Assembly: GCF_006345805.1 (NCBI RefSeq)
Contig: NC_043004.1
Span: 27,838,001-27,902,000, forward strand
Origin: Octopus sinensis
Taxonomy: Eukaryota
Reading direction: 5' to 3'
Length of the DNA: 64,000 nucleotides
Shown: positions 23,764-36,629 of the stretch, piece by piece
How the letters are laid out: each line of letters starts with the position of its first letter
How positions within the stretch are numbered: position 1 is the first letter of the stretch
The notes under the pieces: generated by a model
Seen by the model: only the letters and a program-made list of their open reading frames with translations
The model's database searches: none
What the model was told of the DNA's origin: nothing
Program-made: the position numbers and the translations under genes

Positions 23764-24210
23764 TATTGTATCACTGGTTAGGAGTGATATAAAGTTACTG
23801 GAAATTATGGTCATCCATAGTTATTGTACAACTGGCTAGCAGTAATATAAACTTCGAAGTTGTAGCCATTTATAATAGAAGAGATCGCCATCCGTTGTTA
23901 TCATGCAATGGCTAGATGTCACTTAGAGTTTGTGGAATGTGTAACAATCTCATAGTTGTTGTACAATTGGTTAGAAGTGATATACATGAAGTTATTGGAA
24001 ATTATAGCCTTCCATAATTATTCTCCAGATGGCTAGGATTGATATAAAGTTAGTGGAAGTTATAGGTTTCCATATTTATTAACGTATTGTACAACTGGTT
24101 AGATGTAATGTAGATTTTGTGTAAAGTTTAACCATCCATTGTTATTCTACGATTGAACAGAAGCTATATAAATTTGATGGAAATTTCGGCTATCAGTAGT
24201 TTGTGTACAT
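23764..24210. repeat. Degenerate ~58-bp minisatellite (about 7 units)
   Basis: tattgta(c)aactgg(t/c)tag..gtgatataaagtt..tggaaattat...tccatagt recurs; first period 23764 to 23822. Confidence 0.75.
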
Positions 24211-24299
24211 CTAACCGCTGTGATTTTCCTCCAGTACGGTGGATCTGTTTCATTTCTTTTCGCTTTTTTTTTTCTAAATAGTCCTCATACATTTAAAGT

Positions 24300-26230
24300 C
24301 TTAGAGAAATTTCTCTCTCTTTTGGTATCTGTCAATGCAGTCTTTTGTATGCCGAATAAATAACAGGTGCCAAATATAACCTTACAGACGAAACCTACAA
24401 TGCTTTGCAGCAGGCGGCATTTTCTTCGCAGAAGTATTTTATTTACACGTTTGTAAATCGCTTTCGGCAGGTGACTTTGAGAAACTTACCGAGATATTGT
24501 TGATGGATGGCCACTATCGTTCACATTGCTCTCCGTACCAGGAAAAGTTTTTAGCATTGGTGCAATACCGAGAGAAGAAGAGACAGTATTCGTTTCAGCT
24601 GCTCCTGCACTGAGCAAGTTTTCAGAATGAAAAACACCATGGGTCAGTGCATAGGGTTCTGACGGACCTTATCAATAACTTCTGCGAACTTTAACTGATG
24701 TTATAAGCATTTCAATGGGAATATTCCAAGACAACAATCAGCACTGAATATTTTTGCCTTATGTCCACTGTCTTCTTATTTTCTTACGAACATCGACTTG
24801 TTATTTCCTAGGGTTAACAGCAGTAAGAGATATATATGTAATTCATAATTTCTTGGTGGACAATCTAAAGATCAATGCACCAAATATTTACAATGTTAAA
24901 AGGACAGCTAGATTTAATCATATGATTTTCCGAACAATTGAACTGGTAAAACTTCCCCAAGTCCCAAACCTTTACATCAATAGCCCTTCTATTTCCCCAC
25001 AAATAGGTGCTACAGTTACCGAGGTATTGATGAAAAAAATATAACATATAAAGGTGTTGTGAACAAGGAGAGAGAAACCAATGAATATTAAAGCATATAT
25101 CAAAACAGATGTACAAGACAAATATCCTACAATACATTTTCGGCGCCTGTATTGATACTGAAATTTGGGATACTTGATAGGTTTATAAGAGAAATCTGCT
25201 TCATAAACATTAAAAGTCGCATTGATTAAGTGCAAGTTTTCACAGGTTCTGTTTTAAGAAGAAAAGTGAAGGAAGATGCTTAAGGTTACTATCGAGAGCT
25301 TTCGAGTACCGTATAAGATTCAGCCAGCACTAGGTAAACAATTGTAGTAAAATCAACTACATCAACCAAATGCTGAAAAATGAAGTGACTCGTAACATCC
25401 TGTGGGATGATAGTGAACTCCTCAAGAAACACTCACTATCTGATGGCCAACAATACAAACCCAAATGTGCAAGTTTGCGTATCTCAGTAAAGACCTAGAA
25501 GAAAACACTGCTTGCTACAAAAGGTTTATGCATCAGTATATTTCTTGCAAAATTGAGGATGATGATAATATCAGTATGAAGTGAAATCTCATTCGGCCTC
25601 GTGACAGTCAGATCACGTCACATTTCTTGGTTACGCTTTTACAGTCCAAGTGTAGGCGGTATCTACAAAATATCTAATGAACAAACGAGACTGAAACCCT
25701 TAAAATCCTAAGGGGCAACCGCAAATGTCAATTATGTCGCTCTTCTGTGGAGAATATAACATATAATTAGCAGCTGCTCAAAAACATTATTGAAACAATA
25801 TACAATGATATCAACATAAGAAGCAACATCTGTGCCATATAATTAATACATATCAAGACAAGGGATATTAGCGGAATATTCCCATCAAAACTTATACCAA
25901 GTGCAAGCAATACAGACCCAATATAATTATTTGGAATATATACTGCTGTGGAGGCTAGCTTCCCTGCACGTTTGAAACACTCTTTGAAAATCAGCGAGAA
26001 TAATAATATTTATGGACAACTGTAGCTCTTCTACCCTCAATATAAATTTACATAAATACCAATAATCGTTGGTGCACTCGGTTATGTTAGCAAATGTCTA
26101 AGCGAAACTGGAAAAGCTGGGGTTTTGGAATAATGAACAAACCTGGTTAAGGCGCACTTTACAGTTACAGTCTATATGTTGAACAGTAAATATATTCAAG
26201 GTGTTTTCAAAATTCAGCTTGTGGCTCTTA
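24300..26230 (+). mobile_element. Heavily decayed R4/Dong-like LINE (RT to RLE)
   Basis: HNFLVDNLKINA (~24844) corresponds to the RT xxDD motif region; IPIIVGALGYVSKCL (~26056) matches the RLE C-terminus IPVIIGALGYATHCL at 38018-38210. Confidence 0.7.
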
Positions 26231-26340
26231 TCGTTGTTATCTAAATTCCATCGATGGGGTTTTTCTTTCTTTATTAGAAAATAGTTCCAACTTTATACGA
26301 AAAATTCTAATGAATAGAGAGAAAAGAAACGCAAACAGTT

Positions 26341-26846
26341 AAGGCGGTGCTCTTGCATGGCCGCAGTCAGATGACTGAAACAAGTAAAAGTAAAAGAAAA
26401 GAATCCATCCATAGGCGCAGGAGTGGCTATAGGCGCAGGAGTGGCTGTGTGGTAAGTAGCTTGCTAACCAACCACATGGTTCCGGGTTCAGTCCCACTGC
26501 GTGGCACCTTGGGCAAGTGTCTTCTGCTATAGCCCCGGGCCTTGTGAGTGGATTTGGTAGACGGAAACTGAAAGAAGCCTGTTGTATATATGTATATATA
26601 TGTATATATGTGTATGTGTGTGTGTTTGTGTGTGTGTGTTTGTCCCCCTAGCATTGCTTGACAACCGATGCTGGTGTGTTTACGTTTCCGTCACTTAGCG
26701 GTTCGGCAAAAGAGACCGATAGAATAAGTACTGGGCTTACAAAGAATAAGTCCCGGGGTCGATTTGCTCGACTAAAGGCGGTGCTCCAGCATGGCCGCAG
26801 TCAAATGACTGAAACAAGTAAAAGTAAAAGAAAAGAATCAATCCAT
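26341..26846 (+). mobile_element. SINE family A flanked by a 72-bp direct repeat of its own 3' end
   Basis: 26341-26412 and 26775-26846 differ at 4 of 72 positions; the 18-bp head is duplicated at 26413-26430. Confidence 0.9.
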
Positions 26847-27619
26847 CGAACCTACCTACCTACCTACCTTCGTTACCCTTTCCTTGTATATGACCTTCTT
26901 AGAAGCCAGCGGGGTTGACTTCTGAGACCTATTGAGAAGCTCGCAGTTTATTTGCTGTGAAATGATAAGAGACTTCATTGTGCCGGGCGACTGTTTCGTC
27001 CATTATTATTAGTAAGGACAAAGGAAGAGACTACCTGTGTTCACGCCTCGCTTTCATTTCACCTTTCATTGACCAATAATAACTGAACAACACGATCACC
27101 ATCATCATCGTCGTCGTCGTCGTCGTTGTAATCATCATCATCATCATCATCATCATCATAATCATCATCATCATCCTCATCATCATCATCAATAACAACA
27201 ACAATAACAACAACAACACCAACAACAACAACAACAACAACAACAGCAACAAGCTTACAATATTACATAAAAGAAAAAATAACCGAAATGAAACAAGAAA
27301 ACCGTAGCTGTTCATTGTCGTAACGATGATGGCGATAATGGTGGTGGTGGTGGTGGTGGCGGTGGCGGTGGTGGCGACGGTGGTGGAAATGTTGACGGTG
27401 GTGGTGTTGACAGTGGTGACGATGGTGGTGGTGACGACGACGAAGGTAATGGTGATGATGATGATGATGATAAGAGTGGTGCTGGTGGCGGTAGTGGTGG
27501 TGACGGTGGCCGTGTCGATCACATTAGTTCCAGGTCTGTCCTGATGAAGCTAACCTATGACAGCCACATTCCTTCCGACCTCAACATCTCCATTTTTATA
27601 GTCAGTGTCCTTCCTCTGT

Positions 27620-28064
27620 TTAAGAAGCTTAAATGTGATTTCAGGGAGATTTTGATGCTTCTTGTATCAAACTGAATCACCACTTAAACGAGGCAGCAGT
27701 GATGTTATTTGTAGGGGTGCTGATAATGATGCTGGTTGCTGTTGCTGTTCGTCCCAGAGCTCACAAGATGGGAGAAGTCCGAAATGTGGTCCTTTACTAT
27801 TCGTAAGACCCGCAGAAGAGAGCATCGACGGATGGATGAATGAGCATCCAGGCTCAGGAAGTTGGGGACAAGAAACAGGAAGAAAGAGTGAGAGAAAGTT
27901 GGAGCGAAAGAGTACAACAGGGGTCGCCACCATCCCCTGTCGGAGACTCGTGGAACTTTAGGTGTTTTCGCTCAATGGACGCACACAACACCCGGTCTGG
28001 GAATCGAAACCGCGATCCTGTGACCGCGAGTCCGCTGCCCTAACCACTGGGCCATCGTGCCTCC
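27620..28064 (-). mobile_element. SINE family C with an alternative 3' region
   Basis: Head (28064-27871) matches 12396-~12590; the downstream 27870-27620 does not match 12590-12671. Confidence 0.8.
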
Positions 28065-28309
28065 ACAGAGGTAATGGTGGTGGTAGGGGTGATAACTAAC
28101 TGTTGGTGTTCTTTAGCAGACCCAGGATCGTCTAAATTTTTCGAGCCATCGTATAATGAAGTGTTACATCTGTTCAGTTTACAAACAAGGTAATATGACT
28201 GTCTTTTTCTAGTACTTTTGGATCACGGAAAGATCTAGTGTTTGAGGTGCTAGTGGTGGTGGTGGGGGGTCTGTTGATAGCTTGTTGTTGTTGTTTGTGG
28301 CGTGGTACT

Positions 28310-29360
28310 TGCGGTGTGGTGGTGGTGGTGGTGGTGGTGGTGCCAGTTTTTCTTGCGAGGATGGTGATGGAGACGGTTATGGGAAGGCGGCGAGCTGGCA
28401 GAATCGTTAGCATGCCGGGCGAAATGCTTTGCTGCGGTATTTCGTCTGCGTTACGTTGTGAGTTCAAATTCCGCCGAGGTCGACTTTGCCTTTCATCCTT
28501 TCGGGGTCGATAAATTAAGTACTAGTTACGCACTGGGGTCGATGTAATCGACTTAATATCTATGTCTGTCCTTGTTTGTCCGCTCTGTGTTTAGCCCCTT
28601 GTGGGTAATAAAGAAATAGGTATTTCGTCTGCTGTTACGTTCTGAGTTCAAATTCCGCCGAGGTTGACGTTGCCTTTCATCCTTTCGGGGTCGATTAAAT
28701 AAGTACCAGTTACGCACTGGGATCGATGTAATCGACTTAATCCGTTCGTCTATCCTTGTTTGTCCTCTCTGCGTTTAGCCCCTGGTAGTTGCTGTGGTGT
28801 TAAAACTGGTAGTTGTCATGATGGCCGTGTTGTTGTGTGGTGGTGGTGGTGGTGGTGGTGGTGCCAGTTTTTCTTGCGAGGATGGTGATGGAGACGGTTA
28901 TGGGAAGGCGGCGAGCTGGCAGAATCGTTAGCATGCCGGGCGAAATGCTTTGCTGCGGTATTTCGTCTGCGTTACGTTGTGAGTTCAAATTCCGCCGAGG
29001 TCGACTTTGCCTTTCATCCTTCGGGGTCGATAAATTAAGTACCAGTTACGCACTGGGGTCGATGTAATCGACTTAATATCTATGTCTGTCCTTGTTTGTC
29101 CGCTCTGTGTTTAGCCCCTTGTGGGTAATAAAGAAATAGGTATTTCGTCTGCCGTTACGTTCTGAGTTCAAATTCCGCCGAGGTTGACGTTGCCTTTCAT
29201 CCTTTCGGGGTCGATTAAATAAGTACCAGTTACGCACTGGGATCGATGTAATCGACTTAATCCGTTCGTCTATCCTTGTTTGTCCTCTCTGCGTTTAGCC
29301 CCTGGTAGTTGCTGTGGTGTTAAAACTGGTAGTTGTCATGATGGCCGTGTTGTTGTGGTG
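28310..29360 (+). repeat. Near-identical 521-bp tandem duplication containing an internally dimeric SINE B, bounded by (GGT)n
   Basis: ccagtttttcttgcgagg at 28343 and 28864; both units end tagttgtcatgatggccgtgttgttg before (GGT)n. Confidence 0.93.
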
Positions 29361-29779
29361 GTGGTGGTGGTGGTTGTGGTTGTGGTGATGTTGGATTTGT
29401 GAAAATGGTGGTTTGCGCATTCATGCTGATTTTGTTGATTGTGGTGGTGGTGTTGGCAGGGGGTGTTTGGGAGATGGTGATTATGATTGTGGAATTGTTG
29501 GTAATGGTGTGTTAATGGAGGAAGGCGGTGGAGGAGGAGGTAGTGGCTGGGGTTAGGAGTGGTGTTGCTGTTGTTGAAGGTGGTGGTGGTGGTGGTGGTG
29601 GTAAGGGTGGGGGGATTGGAATGGCGGTGTTGGTGGTGGCTGCTGTGGTACGAGCGATAGTGGTGGTTGATTGGTAGCATTGATAGAGATTTCGATGCTG
29701 TAGGCGTCAATATCTCTGGTAGATGGGTGGTTGAGGGCGGGCGGCGGTGATGAGTGGCAGTAATTGTGGCGTTGGGAGA

Positions 29780-30088
29780 TGCTGGTGTGTGTATGTGCGT
29801 GCGTGTACGTGTACGTGTATATGTGTGTGTGTGTGTGTGCGTGTGCGTGTACGTGTACGTGTACGTGTATGTGTGAGTGTGTGTGTGTGCGTGCGTGTAC
29901 GTGTACGTGTACGTGTATGTGTGAGTGTGTGCGTGTGTGTGTGTGTGCGTGTGTGTGTGAGTGTGTGTGTGTGTGTGCGTGTGTGTGTATGTGCGTGCGA
30001 GTACGTGTACGTGTATGTGTGAGTGTGTGTGTGTGTGTGTGTGTGCGTGTACGTGTACGTGTACGTGCATGTGTGAGTGTGTGTGTGT

Positions 30089-30121
<33 letters not shown>

Positions 30122-30235
30122 CGTGCGTGTGTGCGCGTGTGGCTATATTTCAACAGAGGATAGAAAAAACTGTAGTGTTTTGCAGTAGAAGGGAGAGAGA
30201 AAAAGAGGGTGGAAAGGAAAGGAAAGGGAAGGGGC

Positions 30236-30273
<38 letters not shown>

Positions 30274-30561
30274 TCACACACACACATATACATACATACA
30301 TAGAAAGAAATTAGGGTGGGGGGAGTTTGAGTGATGGAGCAATGTAATAAAAAAAACCGTAATGAGTGGGAATGGGCTGAAGTATCAGGGGACGAGATGT
30401 GTGGCTTGATAAGAGATAAGTGAAGGACGTCAATAGAGAGGTAGTGAGAGGAGAGAGAAGTAATATGAGAGTGAAACAGAGTTGAGATGGAGCAAAGGAA
30501 GGGGAGGGAAAAACAGAGAGAGGGAGGGAGGGAGATAGATAGATAGACAGAGAGAGAGAGA

Positions 30562-30618
<57 letters not shown>

Positions 30619-30793
30619 AAGGTATGGAGAGAAGATGACAAGTGAAACTGCAATCTTTAACGGATAAAGCAAGAAATGAGAAGAGGAGACATCAAGATGA
30701 TGCATTTATGGGAAGGGGAGAGAGAAGAGGGGGAATGAATAATAGGAAACGGTGGAGGAGGCGGGGGAGGGGGGAGGCAAGGTGGCGCATGGC

Positions 30794-30826
<33 letters not shown>

Positions 30827-30953
30827 TGCATATTTGTGCATGTGTATGTTTATGGGCGTCTGTGGATGGATGTATGTGTAGTATGCGCGTGGGTAAAGTA
30901 TAGGGACGCGTCGTTTGTGTGTATGTGTGTGTGTGAGTGTGTGTGTGTGTGAG

Positions 30954-30987
<34 letters not shown>

Positions 30988-30996
30988 AGTGTGTGT

Positions 30997-31033
<37 letters not shown>

Positions 31034-31072
31034 TGTGTGTGTATGTGTGTGAGTGTGTGTATGTGTGTGTGT

Positions 31073-31103
<31 letters not shown>

Positions 31104-31270
31104 AGTGTGTGAGTGTGTGTGTGTGTGTGTGAGTGTGTGTATGTGTGTGTGTGAGTGTGTGTGTGTGTGTGTGTGTGAGTGTGTGTGTGTGTGTGAGTGT
31201 GTGAGTGTGTGTGTGTGTGAGTGTGTGTATGTGTGTGTGTGAGTGTGTGTGTGTGTGAGTGTGTGTATGC
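29780..31270 (+). repeat. Compound (TG)n, (GTGTAC)n, (GA)n and TG/GA-variant microsatellites
   Basis: Directly visible. Confidence 0.9.
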
Positions 31271-31520
31271 AATTATGTGCGAGAAAAAACAAAACAAAAA
31301 AAACAAAAAGAAAAACACGAGGAAAAGGCGGAGAGGAGTAAATGAATGGAAAAAAAATAGATAGATGGACGGACAAGGGAGGAGATAACACGAAAAGTCA
31401 AGAGGTGCTGCCAAGGTTTTGCAACGCTATTTACAGGAGGGTACATTCAGCCACATGCAGACACAACACGTAGGGTACACAGCTAAACACAAATGAAGGC
31501 TCAAACACACACGCACACAC

Positions 31521-31586
<66 letters not shown>

Positions 31587-32914
31587 ACACACACACACAC
31601 GTTAAATAGCCAGAGGATTAAAAAACCAAAATGACAGTATGTCAAATAGCGATTGTAGAAATTCCTAATAAATAGAGAGCAAAAAATATAGTTTAGAGAC
31701 TCTCCCTTTAATTCCAGCCTTCAGCTATGTCCCCCAGGCCATTTCTTTCCTCCTTTTTACTCTTTAACTTTTTTTTTCTCTTCAATCTATCATGTGTGTG
31801 TGTTTGTCTTAAGGCTGAGCGAATTTATTTTTCCTGATACATGTATTTAATACTTGAAGCAAATAGTGAAGCACTTACTTTACACTGAAATAACAGTTGC
31901 CTTCTCTCCTTTCTTTCTCCTTGTCACTCCTCTATTTGTCACTCTGCTCCCTTTCTCATGGTATGTGATACAAGAACACTTTATCTCAACAGTCCTTTGG
32001 TGGTATATCAGAATATCTGAAGATTAGTACACAGCCACAGCAGGAAATGTATCAGGACATGAAATATAAAAGCCGGACTAGACTACTTTATGCGCAACTC
32101 CATTGTCTCCCGAGACAAAAAGGATGCCAACCAATGAAGATTAGTAGGGACATCTGCTGCACACGAATTGGAGTCTTTGCATGAACACCAAAAGCAGTTC
32201 CTTCGGAATAACGACTCAGTGAATAATCAGATTCTAATGTACATATGTATAGGTTATAATTTTGAATACTAGTATACACTTTGTACTATTTTGTTTAAAG
32301 CCCGTTCCCATTATTCGGTTACCTGATGTATGGAGGTATATGCCCCTGGATTTACTTCAGAAATTCCAGCCATGCTGAAAAACAGCAGCCATGCCGGAAC
32401 ACCGCCTTGAAAAATTCTTAGATGAACGAATTGACTCCATAACGTTTTTTTTAAAGCTCGGTACTTATTCAGTTGAATAACCAGACGGCCATATAACAAC
32501 ATGACAACCAAAACTCAGGACCTTTATCGAGACACAACTTTATGTATGGAAGCACCTGATGAAACCCACACTGCAGAATGGATGCAGCACAACATGTTGA
32601 ACGGAGTCCCATCCATAAGGACAGTAGCAGGATGGGTCGAAACGACCTTTGTACAAAATAAAAATCAATACCAAATCCATCTTCTCGTTATTTAAGAAAT
32701 TATTATTATTATTATTTTTATATCTCAACTAACACTGCGGAGTTCCTGAAGTAGATCGAACGGAAATATAACCCAGATGACACCAGGTAGCCCAAACCGT
32801 GCCAGTGCTCTACTAAAAACTTCAACACACTAATCGACATATACCCATTAGTCCAAAATACACTATATATATAATATTATACACACACACACACACACGC
32901 ATATATATATATAA

Positions 32915-33370
32915 TACAGCTTAGATGGTCAGGTCATCTCTCACGTATGACTGATATCGGAATTCCGAAGCAACTTCTCTTCGGCCAATTCCCAACAGTA
33001 AGGTCAGTTGGAAGGCCACTCTTGTGCTACAAAGACAAACTAAACGATGCAACTTACCCTTTTCTTCATGGGAAAATAAGGCATCCAGAACCTGGCGCCA
33101 GTCCTGCTTCTCCTCGGTTCAAAGATTTGGGCAATGTCGACTCCATCATCGGGACCAACATCGTGCAAGCATGAAGGCATGCTGGCAAATTGCCGCTCCT
33201 CTAAATGGAAACCTTATCCGTCATTGTGGTTTTGTGGCACTTAGCAAAGTTGGCCTTGCCGTCCATTCAAGAAAACACATAATAAATGATCCACCAGCGC
33301 TCAAGCAAACTGAGTCCTCAACTTGTTCCATTTACCAAAAGGTTTGCAAGGCACCAGAAGGCCTCTAGAG
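32915..33370 (+). mobile_element. RTE-clade LINE 3' fragment
   Basis: LRWSGHLSRMTDIGIPKQLLFGQFPTVRSVGRPLLCYKDKL, then a CGFVALSKVGLAVHSRKH zinc-finger remnant. Confidence 0.8.
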
Positions 33371-33562
33371 ACATATTCGTGTCCATAGAACATGATTACA
33401 TCTTTATTTTACTGAACCCTCATTTGTCCTTTACGATGAGACAATATTTTTCGACTCTTATCTACAGCAATGCTGGTGCCTCGTGTACTCGCAATTATAG
33501 TTATCAATTAATTAAAAAACTTATGGATTAGCCCTTTTATTGGCTTTAATGTTTGCTGGTCA

Positions 33563-33563
<1 letters not shown>

Positions 33564-33623
<60 letters not shown>

Positions 33624-33760
33624 GAGTGAGAGAGCAGTGCATGCCATCAAAGTGACACTGGGATAAAATATACGAAGCCCAATATACCCATCATGACTAC
33701 CCGTCTGATAAGGGTACACCAGGCACATGCATCACAACCATATGTGCGCGACATGGTGAC
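33564..33760 (-). mobile_element. Retroposon family E 3' end with (AAT)n tail
   Basis: gagtgagagagcag...catcaaagtgacact...tctgataagggtacac shared with 49149-49545; (ATT)n lies immediately to the left. Confidence 0.8.
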
Positions 33761-34029
33761 ATGGTGACATCATCATCATCATCATAATCATCATCATCGT
33801 CGTCGGCGTCGTTCTCACCACCACTACGACGACCACCACCACCACCACCACCATTATCATAATCATCACCATCGTGGTGGTGGTCGTCATCGTCCTCATC
33901 CTTATGCACACATAATCCCCCCTCTCTCTCTCTCCCACACGCACACACGCACACACGCATACACACATATAGGTAAGTATATACGTTTATATATACGACG
34001 TTCAGTCGCTTAGGCACACATATATACAA

Positions 34030-34033
34030 TAGC

Positions 34034-34074
<41 letters not shown>

Positions 34075-34083
34075 GTAATAGTA

Positions 34084-34119
<36 letters not shown>

Positions 34120-34134
34120 GTAATAGTAATAGTA

Positions 34135-34225
<91 letters not shown>

Positions 34226-34333
34226 CGTCGACGACGAAGATTATGATAATAATGATGATGATAATGATGGTGACGATGGTGATGATGGTGATGATGAAGA
34301 AGATGATGATGATGATGACGACGACGACGATGG

Positions 34334-34381
<48 letters not shown>

Positions 34382-34463
34382 CGAAGATTATGATAATGAT
34401 GATGATGATGATGATGGTGACGATGGTGATGATGGAGATGAAGATGATGATGATGATGATGAC

Positions 34464-34499
<36 letters not shown>

Positions 34500-34500
34500 A
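34030..34500 (+). repeat. Compound triplet array switching from (AAT)n/(AGTAAT)n to (GAT)n
   Basis: Directly visible. Confidence 0.95.
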
Positions 34501-35254
34501 AAAAAGAATAATTTTCTCAGCAGTAATGAAGATTTATTAATCAGTTTATTTTCCCAAAATTATGTAAATAAACTCAGAAACGATATCGTCATTAGGGACA
34601 ATTTGTTCTTTATTGTTGCTAATAATTACCCTATACACTACCAAGAGATCTCTATTCACGACCAAATAGTACTTCCTAACTTACCTTCATACATGCATGC
34701 ATACATACATACATACATACATACATACATACATACATGCATGCATACATACATACATACATGCATACATACATACACACATACATACATACATACATAC
34801 ACACACACATACATACACACACACATACATACAATCCCTACAAACATATATACGGTTTTCATATGCTACACACTTTTACAAATAGTTCCTCTCAACATTG
34901 AGAATAGTCCCAAATTTATACTGATTATAATCGCTAGTAATAAACGAAGTGTAATCGATATCTCTTAATTGATCCGACGGTCTGGCTTAAATATCAGAAG
35001 AAAATAAATAGATGTGAGGAATGAAACAAAAGAAAATCAGATTTAGAATTGTAAGATTTTATGACTGTTTAATGTGAGTGGATTGTAAAGGTAATGAGAA
35101 TATACGATGCTACATCAATGAATATATACAATATTAATCAGAGTGGGTGGATTGTATAGCTTGTGGAGATATATGAGGATGCTAAGACAGTAGAATATAT
35201 ATTACTAAATAGATTCTTAATTATTGTTGAGGAAGGAGAACAGAACCTTATGGT

Positions 35255-35520
35255 TAGGGTGTTGCACTCACGATCGCTAGATTACGGGCTCGATTCCCGG
35301 ACAGGGCGGCGCGTTGTGTTCTTGAGCAGAGGACTTAATTTCACGTTGTTCCAGTCCACTCGGCTGTAAAAGCGAGAGAATAGACTTCCGATCAACGAGA
35401 ATGTGGGTCTGGCCGTCGAGGCCAGCGGGATGGCATCACTGGAAAGCAAAAATGATGCGAAGAGCATTGTGACCAGTGATGTATAACAATATCCGACAGT
35501 CTGGCTGATGGCTGATACCG
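35255..35520 (+). mobile_element. SINE family D (CORE/Meta-like domain) followed by (CATA)n
   Basis: tggttagggtgttgcactcacgatc...ctcgattccc...gttgtgttcttgagca...tccagtccactcggctgtaaa. Confidence 0.7.
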
Positions 35521-35581
35521 TGACATACATACATACATTCATACATACATACATGCATACATACATACATACATACATACA

Positions 35582-35615
<34 letters not shown>

Positions 35616-35677
35616 CATACATACATACGTACATAAATACTTACATACATACATATAGATATATATATAATTATATA

Positions 35678-35719
<42 letters not shown>

Positions 35720-36629
35720 GGATGAATGAATTATCCTTTGTTTACAGTTAACATGGAAAATTCAATAAACAGTTACTAGGGTAGTAAAATTCACGCAAGT
35801 AACAAGGATGTAGCGACCTATTCAAAGGTAGAAACTCCGGGTTAATGTGCAGTAATTTGTATAGTATAAGTAAATAAATGGAGTTGAACGTAGCTGTTAT
35901 TCAGATTCTTTTACTTTCGACATACGTTTCGAAGACAACACACAAACACACGCACACACATATATGCACACACACGTGCGTACACATTGATAGAGGTAGT
36001 AATGGAAATAATGTAATCAACTCCACATTGTGCCATACAAGGCTTGATAAATTTACATGGAGTACAAAAAAATACAGAATAAAATATGATGAAAACGTAA
36101 TTTTTTAACTTGACAGCTGTTTCCGGGTCCACTGTTAAAAAATATCGTCGTGTTTGAGACCACTGTAGTTACGGAAAGAAGGACAAAAAAGAGGATACAA
36201 AGAGAGTATGCTTGTAAGTCAAAGTTGACATTTGCTGTAGAGTGACGTAGTGTCAGTCAGCTGCTTCAGATGCGGTCTGGGATATGTGTTCGTGTATAGA
36301 TGAAGCCACATCCTAGATGTTGGATCAACGCTTAAATTGTGAGTCTCATTAGAGCTTTTATAAAGGTTTGATAACTTACGGTTCAAATGATTTGTCTCTT
36401 CAGACGAATTTACAAGTCTTTCTCTGAATACTGATACTCAGGCTATGCTGAGTATATGGCTTCATCAGGGGAAATAATCAGAGATGGTTACGCCTACCGT
36501 GTGTTATAATCTCGAGCTTTCTAATTACGTCGTATGTATGTATGTATGTATGTATGTATGTATGTATGTATGTATGTATGTTGTATGTATGTATGTATGT
36601 ATGTATGTATATAAGTATGTATGTATGTC

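Noticed and set aside
27540-27575. CUGAUGA core (also 32556)
   Set aside because: No downstream GAAA or stem III; expected by chance.
32088-32279. Possible exon (overlapping 45-60 codon open frames on both strands)
   Set aside because: No single frame with a consistent acceptor, donor and recognisable domain; cannot be supported without RNA data.
32745-32780. ctgaagt...gaaatata hammerhead-like string
   Set aside because: A9 is absent, there is no stem II, and stem I is out of register.
34189-34968. 259-aa ORF with apparently unique middle segments
   Set aside because: Starts in (GAT)n and crosses (CATA)n; the unique parts show no recognisable motif or convincing splice sites.
36430-36472. 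Minus-strand CUGAUGA followed by a hairpin (atactcag/ctgagtat)
   Set aside because: GAAA, stem III and cleavage site are missing; at most a truncated relic.
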